From Pasteurella multocida (lineage in GTDB: Bacteria > Pseudomonadota > Gammaproteobacteria > Enterobacterales > Pasteurellaceae), in NCBI RefSeq assembly GCF_900187275.1, contig NZ_LT906458.1:1140001-1172000 (forward strand): a stretch of DNA of 32,000 nt, in the 5' to 3' direction. Shown here piece after piece: positions 1 through 8,979 of this stretch. Position 1 is the stretch's first letter. Each line of letters begins with the position of its first letter. The notes beneath the pieces were generated by a model. The model had not been told where the DNA came from, did not search any database, and worked only from the letters and a program-made list of their open reading frames with translations. The translations under genes were made by a program, and so were the position numbers.

Positions 1-329
1 TTTTTTGTCTCAACCGCTGGCGCATCTATTTTTTGCTGTTGTTGAATTTGCTCAGCTGTTGCAGATAAATCATCAAATTTGCCTTGCTTGACGTTATTAC
101 GGTGAGAGTTAACATTGCCAATCACAATACTCATCACAAAAAACGCTGTCGCTAAAAGCGCTGTCATTTTAGATAAAAAGTTACCTGACCCAACAGAACC
201 AAAAATTGTACCAGAGGCACCACCGCCAAAAGACGCACCAGCATCCGCACCTTTACCTTGTTGAATCAAGATCAGAAAGACGATGACAATTGCAATGATT
301 GCATAACCCAATAATAGTGTTTGATACAT
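1..329 (-). CDS. secG: Preprotein translocase subunit SecG; the C-terminal end runs off the window edge
   Basis: Absent from the ORF track because no stop lies in the window. ATG is the complement of 327-329. My translation MYQTLLLGYAIIAIVIVFLILIQQGKGADAGASFGGGASGTIFGSVGSGNFLSKMTALLATAFFVMSIV... is nearly collinear with E. coli SecG ([40 protein letters not shown]). Confidence 0.9.
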   Translation of the reverse strand, partial: MYQTLLLGYAIIAIVIVFLILIQQGKGADAGASFGGGASGTIFGSVGSGNFLSKMTALLATAFFVMSIVIGNVNSHRNNVKQGKFDDLSATAEQIQQQQKIDAPAVETK

Positions 330-375
330 TATACTCTTCTCTAAAGTGCAAATTTGCATTTAAATTAACGTGCGG

Positions 376-404
376 ATATTATCGAATATCGTCATGAAGC
401 GCAA
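376..404 (-). promoter_or_regulatory. Candidate sigma70 promoter for secG (TTGCGC-17 nt-TAATAT read on the minus strand)
   Basis: The plus-strand complement of the -10 is at 376-381 (atatta) and of the -35 at 399-404 (gcgcaa), with 17-nt spacing. It lies about 45 nt upstream of the secG ATG. Motif match only. Confidence 0.3.
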
Positions 405-546
405 GTAATTTTCTTCATTCCCATGTCACTTGTTGGTATTTTATTCAACAGTACTTAATTCCTCACTCATTCAGCCTCAATTAGCCCCCGCTTACCTGAG
501 CAAAGTCCAAAAGATGTAACTTTTATCTAACTGGCATTTTACCTTG

Positions 547-2499
547 CTAAGTAGGACGCTTTTTAGACTTCGCGCTCGTCTTTTTCGAAAAAGACGGAGG
601 TTTCTCCACTTGACTTAATTGGCGTAACGCGGCGAAGTTCACATAACGCATCAACTCAGGTAAAAAGTTCGTCAACGTTGACATAAATTGCTGATAACTC
701 ATTTCTTTCTGACTAATACTGGTCAATTGTGATTCCCAATGCGCAGTCATATCAGGCTGTGTTGCCACATCGGGTAAGGCTTGAATTAAAATACGCCCAG
801 TTTCAGTACTGTGAATATTGCGTCCTTTTTTATATAAAAAACCCCGCTTAAATAAGAGTTCAATAATGCCAGCCCTTGTTGCTTCTGTCCCTAACCCATC
901 TGTTTCCCGCAGAATTTTTTTCAATTCTTTGTCTTGTACAAAACGCGCAATTCCGGTCATTGCAGAAAGCAATGTCGCATCAGTAAAGGGTTTAGGGGGT
1001 TGTGTTTTTTTACTAACAATTTCCCCTTTCTCGCAAAATAAAATCTGCCCTTTTTTCACGACAGGTAATAAAGGTTCTTGCTGCTCATCACTGTCTTCTT
1101 TCCCCAAAAGTTGTTTCCAGCCCGCAACTTGTAAATTCCGCGCTTGCGCAATAAAGGAGCCCCCCGCAATATTTAAGGTTATTTTACTTTTCCGATATTC
1201 TGCATCCGGACAAAATTGCATTAAATACTGCCGTGCGATTAAATGATAAATTTGCCATTCACGCTGATTCAGGTTAACGGGGGTATTTTTCGCTGTTGGA
1301 ATAATGGCGTGGTGTGCCTCTACTTTTTTATCATTCCAGCAACGATTTTTTTGCTCTGGATTTAAAATATCAGGCAAAGGCTGATAGTCTGAAATATGGC
1401 GAGAAATCGCCTGAAAGACTTTTGTGCGTTCCGCGAAATGCTCTTCTGGTAAATAACGGCAATCCGAACGCGGATATGTAATCAAACGGTGCGTTTCATA
1501 CAAACGTTGACAAATATCCAATACTTCTTGTGCCGATAAGCCATAACGTTTCGCCGCATCAATTTGTAACGCGGACAAAGAATAAGGCAACGGCGCACTT
1601 TCATGTTCGCGTTTATCCACATACTCCACCACCTCTGCAGGTTGTTGCGCAATCCGTTTGACTACATTTTCCACTAACCCTAACGAAAGCACACGTCCTT
1701 CTTCGTCCTGATAATCTTCGCACGCCTTACTTGGCAGCCATAAGGCTTTAAATTGTGGAATGTCCGCTTTCTCTTGCGCAGAAAGTGCGGTGATTTTTTC
1801 TGGTGTTTCCGCTTGAATATGGGCAAGTACTTCAAAAAAATCCTTTGGTTTGAAGTTTTCGATCTCTAAATCTCGACGCACAATCAAGCCCAACACAGGG
1901 GTTTGTACACGTCCCACTGACAACACACCTTGATAACCAGCTTGCCGACCTCGCAAGGTATAAGCGCGTGTCATGTTAATACCATACAGCCAATCTGCCC
2001 TAGCTCGTGCTAAAGCGGAAGTAGCAAGAGGGATAAAATTGCGATTTGATTGTAGTTTGTTCACGGCTTTTTCAACCGCACTTGGATTCAGATCACTAAT
2101 TAAACAACGCTGAATCTGATTCAGTTTATCGACACTTAAATTAGCATAGCTAAACACTTCATCCACCAATAACTGCCCTTCACGATCGGGGTCGCCTGCG
2201 TTAATCAAAATATCCGCTTGATGAATCAATTTTTCAACGATAGTTAATTGTTTGTGTACATCTTTACGGGGAATGAGTTGCCATTTTTCAGGAATGATCG
2301 GCAGATGTTCTAAGCGCCATTGCTTAAATTTGGGATCATAGGCATCGGGTTCGGCTTGTTCGAGTAAATGCCCTATGCACCATGTCACATAATCATCGGC
2401 ACCACACTTAATAAAGCCGTCACCTCGCTGGTGAGGTTTAGGTAACACATCCGCAATGGCTCTTGCAAGGCTGGGTTTCTCCGCTATAAATAATCGCAT
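547..2499 (-). CDS. topB: DNA topoisomerase III (type IA)
   Basis: 650-aa ORF with an N-terminal Toprim segment ([19 protein letters not shown]) and the catalytic Tyr region [15 protein letters not shown]. The Lys-rich C-terminal tail and lack of TopA-type zinc-ribbon repeats fit TopB. It starts 9 nt after the recR stop. Confidence 0.95.
   Translation of the reverse strand: MRLFIAEKPSLARAIADVLPKPHQRGDGFIKCGADDYVTWCIGHLLEQAEPDAYDPKFKQWRLEHLPIIPEKWQLIPRKDVHKQLTIVEKLIHQADILINAGDPDREGQLLVDEVFSYANLSVDKLNQIQRCLISDLNPSAVEKAVNKLQSNRNFIPLATSALARARADWLYGINMTRAYTLRGRQAGYQGVLSVGRVQTPVLGLIVRRDLEIENFKPKDFFEVLAHIQAETPEKITALSAQEKADIPQFKALWLPSKACEDYQDEEGRVLSLGLVENVVKRIAQQPAEVVEYVDKREHESAPLPYSLSALQIDAAKRYGLSAQEVLDICQRLYETHRLITYPRSDCRYLPEEHFAERTKVFQAISRHISDYQPLPDILNPEQKNRCWNDKKVEAHHAIIPTAKNTPVNLNQREWQIYHLIARQYLMQFCPDAEYRKSKITLNIAGGSFIAQARNLQVAGWKQLLGKEDSDEQQEPLLPVVKKGQILFCEKGEIVSKKTQPPKPFTDATLLSAMTGIARFVQDKELKKILRETDGLGTEATRAGIIELLFKRGFLYKKGRNIHSTETGRILIQALPDVATQPDMTAHWESQLTSISQKEMSYQQFMSTLTNFLPELMRYVNFAALRQLSQVEKPPSFSKKTSAKSKKRPT
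1783..1791 (+). repeat. Uptake signal sequence core AAGTGCGGT (inside topB, antisense to the gene)
   Basis: Exact 9-mer read at these coordinates. Confidence 0.9.
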
Positions 2500-2508
2500 T
2501 ATCGAATT

Positions 2509-3111
2509 TTACCCGAGTTGGCGACGTCCTAAAAAGGAATGAGTCAAGGTTGTACCATCCACCATTTCTAATTCCCCCCCCACTGGAATCCCATGCGCAA
2601 TACGGGTGACTTTGATATTTTGTTGCATACAAAGCTCTGCGATGTAATTCGCTGTGGCATCACCTTCGACGGTTGGGTTAGTAGCCAAAATCACTTCATG
2701 AAAGCTTTCTTCTTGCAAGCGTTTTTGTAATAAATGCAAACCAATTTCTTTAGGACCAATTCCATCTAATGGTGATAAATGCCCCATTAACACAAAATAA
2801 CGCCCTGAAAACTGTCCTGTTTGTTCAATGGCTTGAATATCAGACGGCTGCTCAACCACACAAAGTAGACCTGAATGCTGACGGCGAGGGTTGTTACAAA
2901 TCGTGCACACCTCTTCTTCCGTAAAAGTACGACAATGGCTGCAATGTCCGATTTTTGACATCGCTTCCGTTAAAGCGCGGGCAAGTTCCATGCCTCCATT
3001 ACGATTACGTTGTAATAAGTGATATGCCATACGTTGAGCAGATTTTGGTCCAACACCGGGTAAACAACGTAAACTTTCGATCAAATGTTCGAGTAATGGG
3101 CTGGTCTGCAT
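2509..3111 (-). CDS. recR: Recombination protein RecR
   Basis: 200 aa. [33 protein letters not shown] (HhH), a C4 zinc finger [16 protein letters not shown], and a Toprim/C-terminal segment ending in [10 protein letters not shown]. Collinear with E. coli RecR. Confidence 0.97.
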
Positions 3112-3190
3112 GATGTATTTCTCTTTTGTCCTAAATGTGTATGAGTGAAAAATGACCGTTTTTTCTTTTTCTATGCAAAATAAATTTCAT

Positions 3191-3233
3191 AAAAAACAGA
3201 CCGCACTTTGAGCTATTTTTCAAAAGTGCGGTC
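3191..3233 (-). terminator. Rho-independent terminator built from an inverted USS pair, between ybaB and recR
   Basis: gaccgcacttt (3199-3209) pairs with aaagtgcggtc (3223-3233): an 11-bp stem with a 13-nt loop. On the minus strand it is followed by tgtttttt (complement of 3191-3198). Both arms contain the perfect USS core. Confidence 0.75.
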
Positions 3234-3310
3234 ATTTTAAAAAGTTTTATTGTCTCACTTAATCAAGATGCTTTTGTTTACGTTCTTTGACAACACAAAG
3301 AAAACAAAGA

Positions 3311-3640
3311 TTAAAACGGCATTTTAAAGCCTGGTGGTAACGCCATACCGGCAGTAACTGACGCCATTTTCTCTTTTTGTAATTCTTCCGCACGACGTAC
3401 TGCATCATTAAATGCTGCGGCAATTAAGTCCTCAAGCATATCTTTATCGTCTTCCATTAAACTAGGATCGATTTCTACGCGACGACAATTATGCGCACCA
3501 TTGATAGTAATTTTAACCAAGCCCGCACCAGATTCCCCAGTAACTTCTAGCTGCGCAATCTCTTCTTGCATTTTTTGCATACGATCTTGCATCTGTTGCG
3601 CTTGTTTCATTAAATTGCCTAAACCGCCTTTTCCAAACAT
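3311..3640 (-). CDS. ybaB: Nucleoid-associated protein YbaB/EbfC
   Basis: The ORF track starts at 3652 (MEKIMFGK...). I prefer the ATG at 3640 because [18 protein letters not shown]...PPGFKMPF then gives 109 aa collinear with E. coli YbaB from residue 1, with a weak GGAA 7 nt upstream. The start remains ambiguous (3640 or 3652). Confidence 0.9.
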   Translation of the reverse strand: MFGKGGLGNLMKQAQQMQDRMQKMQEEIAQLEVTGESGAGLVKITINGAHNCRRVEIDPSLMEDDKDMLEDLIAAAFNDAVRRAEELQKEKMASVTAGMALPPGFKMPF

Positions 3641-3713
3641 AATTTTTTCCATCTGTTAATTTAAAAATTGGTTGGCATTTTAGCGAAAAATTTCAAAGTT
3701 GGAAATAAAGAAA

Positions 3714-3729
3714 CGTGATCTAGTCTAAA
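3714..3729 (+). promoter_or_regulatory. Weak CRP-like site (good left half cGTGA, poor right half) upstream of acnB
   Basis: cgtgatctagtctaaa compared with the consensus TGTGAtctagaTCACA. The left half and spacer match well; the right half (ctaaa) is poor. The centre at 3721.5 is about 60.5 nt upstream of the TSS predicted from the 3770-3775 -10 box, which is a class I position. Confidence 0.25.
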
Positions 3730-3746
3730 AATTCGGCTTTTTCCTG

Positions 3747-3775
3747 TTGAGAGGATAAATTTTCCGTATTATAGT
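3747..3775 (+). promoter_or_regulatory. Candidate sigma70 promoter of acnB (TTGAGA-17 nt-TATAGT)
   Basis: ttgaga at 3747-3752 and tatagt at 3770-3775 with exactly 17 nt between them. The predicted TSS near 3782 gives a leader of about 87 nt. Confidence 0.45.
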
Positions 3776-3804
3776 ATGTTTTAACAATTTCGTAACGAAA
3801 CCTT

Positions 3805-3830
3805 ACCGCACTTGATACGAATGCGGTTTT
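3805..3830 (+). promoter_or_regulatory. Hairpin plus U4 in the acnB 5' leader (includes a reverse USS core)
   Basis: accgca (3805-3810) pairs with tgcggt (3822-3827) across an 11-nt loop, followed by a T run through 3830. accgcactt at 3805-3813 is a perfect reverse USS core. Confidence 0.35.
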
Positions 3831-3868
3831 CCCTAACAGAAATAAAAGCAAACCCCATGAGGTAACCT

Positions 3869-6475
3869 ATGTCTGACTTTCTACAATCTTATCAACAACA
3901 TGTTGATGAACGTGCGGCATTAGGCATTGTGCCGAAACCTTTAGATGCAGAACAAACCGCCCAATTAATTGAACTCCTAAAAAACCCACCTGCTGATAAA
4001 GCTGACTTTCTTTTAAATTTATTCGAAACGCGTATCCCTGCTGGTGTTGATGAAGCCGCCTATGTGAAAGCCTCGTTTCTCGCCGCCGTCGCAAAACGTG
4101 ATGTACAGTCTCCGCTCATTTCCGCAGAAAAAGCCGTGCAACTATTAGGAACGATGCAAGGTGGCTATAATATTGAGCCACTTCTTCATGCGCTTGATGA
4201 TGAAACACTCGCCCCAATTGCGGTTGAAGCACTTTCTACCACACTTTTAATGTTTGATAACTTCCACGATGTAGCTGAGCGAGCGAAGAAAGGCAATCTA
4301 TTTGCCAAACAAGTTTTGACTTCGTGGGCAAATGCAGATTGGTTTTTATCTCGTCCGAAATTAGCGGAAAAACTCACTGTTACCGTATTTAAAGTAACAG
4401 GGGAAACCAATACTGACGATCTGTCACCTGCCCAAGATGCCTGGTCACGTCCAGATATTCCATTACATGCATTGGCGATGTTAAAAAATACCCGTGATGG
4501 CATTGAGCCTGACGATGCTGGCAATGTCGGACCAATTAAACAATTAGAACAATTAAAACAAAAAGGTTTTCCATTGGCTTATGTCGGCGATGTTGTCGGG
4601 ACAGGCTCTTCACGTAAATCCGCCACCAACTCTGTGCTTTGGTTTATGGGGGAAGATATTCCTTATATTCCAAATAAACGTGCTGGCGGTGTGGTACTGG
4701 GTGGCAAAATTGCGCCGATTTTCTTCAACACAATGGAAGATGCCGGTTCATTACCAATTGAAGTGGATGTCAGTGAACTCAACATGGGGGATGTGATTGA
4801 TATTTATCCATACCAAGGCAAAATTTGTCGTCATGATACTGACGAGGTTTTAGCTGAATTTAGTTTAAAAACCAATGTGCTGTTAGATGAAGTGCGTGCA
4901 GGTGGTCGTATTCCATTAATCATTGGACGTGGTCTAACCCATAAAGCACGTTGTGAATTAGGTCTGCCTGAAAGTGATATTTTTGCCAAACCACAATGCA
5001 GTACAGAAAGCCAAAAAGGTTTTACTCTTGCCCAAAAAATGGTGGGGCGCGCTTGTGGTGTAGACGGTATTCGTCCAGGACAATACTGTGAACCACGCAT
5101 GACCTCTGTCGGTTCACAAGATACCACTGGACCAATGACTCGTGATGAGTTAAAAGACCTTGCTTGTTTGGGTTTCTCCGCTGATTTAGTGATGCAATCT
5201 TTCTGTCATACGGCGGCTTATCCAAAACCGGTTGACGTAGTCACACATCACACACTCCCTGATTTCATTATGAATCGTGGCGGGGTTTCATTACGTCCTG
5301 GTGATGGTGTCATTCACTCTTGGCTAAACCGTATGTTATTACCTGATACAGTTGGTACAGGTGGTGACTCGCATACGCGTTTCCCGATTGGAATTTCCTT
5401 CCCTGCGGGTTCTGGCTTAGTGGCATTTGCAGCAGCCACAGGTGTCATGCCATTAGATATGCCGGAGTCAGTATTAGTGCGCTTTAAAGGCGAAATGCAA
5501 CCGGGAATTACCTTGCGCGATTTGGTGCATGCGATCCCTTATTATGCGATTAAACAAGGTTTGCTCACCGTAGAGAAAAAAGGCAAGAAAAACATTTTCT
5601 CTGGACGTATTTTAGAAATTGAAGGCTTAGAGAACTTAAAAGTCGAACAGGCGTTTGAGCTTTCTGATGCATCAGCAGAACGTTCTGCCGCAGCTTGTAC
5701 AATTAAACTGGCGAAAGAACCCATTATTGAATATTTAAATTCAAATATCGTGTTATTGAAATATATGATTGCCGAAGGCTATGGCGATGCGCGCACACTT
5801 GAGCGCCGGATTAAAGGCATGGAGCAATGGCTGGCTGATCCACAACTAATGGAAGCCGATCCTGATGCTGAATATGCGGCAGTGATTGAAATTGACCTCG
5901 CTGAAATCAAAGAACCGATTTTATGTGCACCAAATGATCCCGATGACGCGCGTTTATTGTCCGAAGTCCAAGGCGATAAAATTGATGAAGTCTTTATCGG
6001 ATCTTGCATGACAAATATAGGTCACTTCCGTGCAGCAGGAAAATTATTAGCCAAGTTCAAAGGCATGATTCCAACTCGCCTCTGGATTGCCCCACCAACT
6101 AAAATGGATGCGGCATTATTAAGTGAAGAAGGTTATTACAGTATTTATGGTAAAAGTGGCGCACGGATTGAGATTCCAGGTTGTTCATTATGCATGGGTA
6201 ACCAAGCGCGTGTTGCTGATAATGCCACGGTGGTTTCTACTTCAACGCGTAACTTCCCGAACCGTTTAGGACAAGGCGCAAATGTTTATCTTGCATCTGC
6301 CGAGCTAGCCGCGGTTTCGGCGATTTTAGGTAAATTACCAACGCCAGAAGAATACCTCACCTTTGCAGCAGACTTACAACAAGACAAGGACGACACTTAT
6401 CGTTATATGAACTTTGACCAAATCAACAGCTATACTAAAAAAGCAGATAACGTGATTTTTCAAAGTGCGGTATAA
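3869..6475 (+). CDS. acnB: Aconitate hydratase B / 2-methylisocitrate dehydratase
   Basis: 868 aa, collinear with E. coli AcnB along its whole length ([108 protein letters not shown]). An SD-like gaggt precedes the ATG. Confidence 0.98.
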   Translation: MSDFLQSYQQHVDERAALGIVPKPLDAEQTAQLIELLKNPPADKADFLLNLFETRIPAGVDEAAYVKASFLAAVAKRDVQSPLISAEKAVQLLGTMQGGYNIEPLLHALDDETLAPIAVEALSTTLLMFDNFHDVAERAKKGNLFAKQVLTSWANADWFLSRPKLAEKLTVTVFKVTGETNTDDLSPAQDAWSRPDIPLHALAMLKNTRDGIEPDDAGNVGPIKQLEQLKQKGFPLAYVGDVVGTGSSRKSATNSVLWFMGEDIPYIPNKRAGGVVLGGKIAPIFFNTMEDAGSLPIEVDVSELNMGDVIDIYPYQGKICRHDTDEVLAEFSLKTNVLLDEVRAGGRIPLIIGRGLTHKARCELGLPESDIFAKPQCSTESQKGFTLAQKMVGRACGVDGIRPGQYCEPRMTSVGSQDTTGPMTRDELKDLACLGFSADLVMQSFCHTAAYPKPVDVVTHHTLPDFIMNRGGVSLRPGDGVIHSWLNRMLLPDTVGTGGDSHTRFPIGISFPAGSGLVAFAAATGVMPLDMPESVLVRFKGEMQPGITLRDLVHAIPYYAIKQGLLTVEKKGKKNIFSGRILEIEGLENLKVEQAFELSDASAERSAAACTIKLAKEPIIEYLNSNIVLLKYMIAEGYGDARTLERRIKGMEQWLADPQLMEADPDAEYAAVIEIDLAEIKEPILCAPNDPDDARLLSEVQGDKIDEVFIGSCMTNIGHFRAAGKLLAKFKGMIPTRLWIAPPTKMDAALLSEEGYYSIYGKSGARIEIPGCSLCMGNQARVADNATVVSTSTRNFPNRLGQGANVYLASAELAAVSAILGKLPTPEEYLTFAADLQQDKDDTYRYMNFDQINSYTKKADNVIFQSAV
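6463..6471 (+). repeat. USS core AAGTGCGGT encoding the last codons of acnB (..QSAV-stop)
   Basis: Exact 9-mer overlapping codons caa agt gcg gta taa. Confidence 0.9.
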
Positions 6476-6498
6476 TTTTCAAGAATTTTAACACCACA

Positions 6499-6522
6499 AA
6501 CGGGGAACATCAGTTCCCCGTT
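6499..6522 (+). terminator. Stem-loop downstream of acnB (probable terminator, weak U tract)
   Basis: aacggggaac (6499-6508), loop atca, gttccccgtt (6513-6522): a 10-bp perfect stem. The downstream sequence cgctatg lacks a clean T run. Confidence 0.5.
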
Positions 6523-6540
6523 CGCTATGAATGATCACCG

Positions 6541-6558
6541 TTTTCTCTGACGAGAAAA
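6541..6558 (+). promoter_or_regulatory. 7-bp-arm inverted repeat just 5' of the RBS of the solute-binding-protein gene
   Basis: ttttctc (6541-6547), tgac, gagaaaa (6552-6558). The SD aaaggaa follows at 6561-6567 and the ATG at 6577. It could be an operator or a 5'-UTR hairpin. Confidence 0.25.
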
Positions 6559-6576
6559 TAAAAGGAATTAAACATC

Positions 6577-7605
6577 ATGAAATTAAAGTCAACCGTCTCT
6601 CAACTGTGCTTAGCGTTACCTTTTGTGTTGACAGGACAAGCCTTGGCTGAAGGAAAACTTACTGTCTATTGCAGTGTACAAAATACTACCTGCGAAAAAA
6701 TGGTACAAACCTTCAGTAAAAAATACGACATTGAAACAAAGTTTATTCGTAATAGCACCGGCGCAACACTGGCAAAATTAATTGCAGAGAAAAATAATCC
6801 ACAAGCCGATGTATGGTATGGCGGGACGATTGAACACCATTTTCAAGCTGGTGACTTAGCCTTACTGGAACCTTACCGCTCACCTTATCAAGCTGACATT
6901 ATGCCACAATTTAGAGCTCTCACTGAAAAGCGCGGTGATTTGACCTCTATCGTTTATATGTTGGTACTGGGATTTGGTATTAATACCGAGAAATTCAAAC
7001 AACTAGGAATCGATACCTATCCAAAATGTTGGTCAGATTTACTCGATCCGCGTTTACAAGGCTATGTACAAATGCCTGATCCGCAAATCTCCGGCACCAC
7101 CTATACCGCTATCGCTACGCTAATTGAATTATGGGGTGAAGAAAAAGCATTTGATTATCTTAAAAAACTCAATGCCAATGTTTCAGAGTATGTGAAAAGT
7201 GCGTTGGTTACCACCAACTTATCACGTGGCGAATCTGCTGTTGCGGTTGGTTTTGTCCACAGTTATGCCACAGAAAAAGAAAATGGCGCACCAGTTGAAA
7301 GCATCCAACCTTGTGAGGGCGATGGCTATTCTTTAGGAGGCATGAGTATTGTCAAAAATGCCCGTAATCTTGAGAATGCCAAACGCTTTGTTGACTGGGC
7401 ATTAACCAAAGAAGCGCAAGAATTGGTTTGGCGAGAAACCAAAGTCTATCAAATTCCAACTAATATCCATGCGGAAGCCTCGCCACAATCTGTCGATCCG
7501 AAGCAATTAAAACTGATCAATTATGATTTTGACCGTTTTGGTTCAAGTGCAGAAGGCAAACGTCTCACAGACAAATGGGTCAAAGAAGTGAAAATGGCAA
7601 AATAA
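6577..7605 (+). CDS. Periplasmic ABC-transporter substrate-binding protein (Fe3+/AfuA-FbpA-like family 1 SBP), orphan
   Basis: 342 aa. Signal peptide MKLKSTVSQLCLALPFVLTGQALA/EG. The mature N-terminus GKLTVYCS... and ADVWYGG are typical of the iron(III)/AfuA-type SBP fold family. The family assignment comes from recalled motif patterns and the ligand is unknown. Confidence 0.6.
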   Translation: MKLKSTVSQLCLALPFVLTGQALAEGKLTVYCSVQNTTCEKMVQTFSKKYDIETKFIRNSTGATLAKLIAEKNNPQADVWYGGTIEHHFQAGDLALLEPYRSPYQADIMPQFRALTEKRGDLTSIVYMLVLGFGINTEKFKQLGIDTYPKCWSDLLDPRLQGYVQMPDPQISGTTYTAIATLIELWGEEKAFDYLKKLNANVSEYVKSALVTTNLSRGESAVAVGFVHSYATEKENGAPVESIQPCEGDGYSLGGMSIVKNARNLENAKRFVDWALTKEAQELVWRETKVYQIPTNIHAEASPQSVDPKQLKLINYDFDRFGSSAEGKRLTDKWVKEVKMAK

Positions 7606-7608
7606 GCT

Positions 7609-7645
7609 AAAAAAATAGGCAGATACTGTTCTGCCTATTTTTATT
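7609..7645. terminator. Bidirectional rho-independent terminator between the SBP gene (+) and epmA (-)
   Basis: aaataggcaga (7613-7623), loop tactgt, tctgcctattt (7630-7640). An A run lies upstream (ctaaaaaaa) and T-rich sequence downstream (ttatt). Confidence 0.8.
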
Positions 7646-7655
7646 CTCGTCGTGC

Positions 7656-8627
7656 TTAAGCGTTTTCGATACCAAATGCCATGACTTCATGAATTGCATT
7701 TGCGCCTAAGGCAATCATCAATAAGCGATCCACACCTAATGCAATACCAGAACAATTCGGCACTCCCGCTTGTAATGCCCCTAATAAGCGTTTATCAATT
7801 TGACGTTGTGGCAAACCCATTTTTTGTCGTTGTACATTATCTTGCTCAAAGCGATGCAATTGTTCATTCACATCTGTTAACTCATGGAAACCATTCGCCA
7901 ATTCAAGCCCCTTGTAATAAAACTCAAAACGTTCTGCAACACGATGATCTTCAGAGCTGATTTGTGCAAGTGCGGCTTGTGTTGCTGGGAAATGATAAAC
8001 TGCGACCGGATTTTCTTTACCAATATTCGGCTCAACAACAGTGCTAAATAAAAATTGCAATAAAGTATCACGATCTTCTTGCTCAGCCTGCTGTAAATGA
8101 TATTGCTTTGCCTTTGCCACTAATTCCGCTTTTTCCGCAGAAAGTGGATCTAAGCCCACATATTCTTGGAAAACAAATTGATAACTTAAACTTTCTGTTG
8201 GTTTACAATCCAAAATTTGCTGCAATAGATCATCCACTTCATTAATTAAACGATACATATCAAAATGAGGACGATACCATTCCAACATCGTAAATTCAGG
8301 ATTGTGACGTTGCCCAGCTTCTTCGTTACGAAACACGTGACATAACTGAAAAATAGGACCACTACCAGCAGCAAGTAAACGCTTCATATGATATTCAGGG
8401 CTAGTTGATAACCACAATGCTTTCGATTTTTCAGCTGTAGGTGAAATAAATGTAGTGTTAAACGTCGATAAATGCACATCCGTGACCCCAAATTCACTGA
8501 GTACAGGGGTTTCTACTTCTAATAAACCACGATCAGTAAAAAAGCGACGAATTTCAGCAATAATCTTGGCTCGTGCTAGCAAATTCTCAATAGAGGCTGA
8601 AGGCTGCCAATTTTCTTGTTCAAACAT
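7656..8627 (-). CDS. epmA: Elongation factor P-(R)-beta-lysine ligase (PoxA/GenX/YjeA)
   Basis: 323 aa with a class II LysRS-like catalytic core and no anticodon-binding domain. [47 protein letters not shown] and [11 protein letters not shown] are collinear with E. coli EpmA. It is divergent from frdA, as in E. coli. Confidence 0.95.
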   Translation of the reverse strand: MFEQENWQPSASIENLLARAKIIAEIRRFFTDRGLLEVETPVLSEFGVTDVHLSTFNTTFISPTAEKSKALWLSTSPEYHMKRLLAAGSGPIFQLCHVFRNEEAGQRHNPEFTMLEWYRPHFDMYRLINEVDDLLQQILDCKPTESLSYQFVFQEYVGLDPLSAEKAELVAKAKQYHLQQAEQEDRDTLLQFLFSTVVEPNIGKENPVAVYHFPATQAALAQISSEDHRVAERFEFYYKGLELANGFHELTDVNEQLHRFEQDNVQRQKMGLPQRQIDKRLLGALQAGVPNCSGIALGVDRLLMIALGANAIHEVMAFGIENA

Positions 8628-8845
8628 AAACTTGTCCGTTTTATAAATAAGATGGCGCTATTCTAACTATCCCCTTAGGTTATTTCAAATTCTGCCTCAC
8701 ACTTGTACAGAAAATAATCTACGCATTCTATTTAAGTCGGCGAAATCCCCGTTTAAAAATCTGATTTATCCCTAGAGAAAAAAAGGGTTTCAGCAAAAAA
8801 AGCGATCTAGGATAAACGTTCTAAAAAAAACCCGTTTTAACTTTT

Positions 8846-8859
8846 TTGAGGTAGATCAC
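8846..8859 (+). promoter_or_regulatory. FNR-like box TTGAGgtagATCAC upstream of frdA
   Basis: 8 of 10 matches to TTGAT-N4-ATCAA, located 121-134 nt upstream of the frdA GTG. The -10 box is not confidently placed (taatat at 8892-8897 is one option). Confidence 0.4.
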
Positions 8860-8979
8860 GAAACTGGTTTTTTCTTGTAAAAAAAGGTTATTAATATCCC
8901 AAAATAGTGGCAAAATGAAACTACCCTAATGAACCAATTCCGGTTCCTTTTTACTTTATATTCTGATTGGAGGAATATC

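Noticed and set aside
818-1246. 142-aa plus-strand ORF embedded antisense in topB
   Set aside because: It lies fully inside a strongly conserved minus-strand CDS, has no RBS, and its low-complexity translation matches no recognisable family. This is a typical shadow ORF.
2438-2632. 64-aa minus-strand ORF spanning the recR 3' end and the topB 5' end
   Set aside because: It overlaps two well-supported genes out of frame and has no independent start context.
3867-6009. Several 60-112-aa antisense or out-of-frame ORFs within acnB (3867-4094, 4186-4524, 4581-4796, 4831-5127, 5022-5225, 5542-5724, 5779-6009)
   Set aside because: All are nested in the 868-aa acnB reading frame, which is collinear with E. 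coli AcnB. Their Ser/Ala/Arg-rich translations are characteristic of antisense frames.
8929-8979. N-terminal extension of frdA from ATG 8929 (MNQFRFLFTLYSDWRNI), with similar ORF-track extensions for frdB (10712), frdC (11517), frdD (11897), queD (25869), dsbC (20376), fabI (28079) and the DsbA-like gene (17844)
   Set aside because: The extensions have no homology to the orthologous proteins and overlap upstream genes or lack an RBS. The internal starts I chose align with E. coli residue 1 and are preceded by SD motifs. Several of the extended starts are TTG codons.
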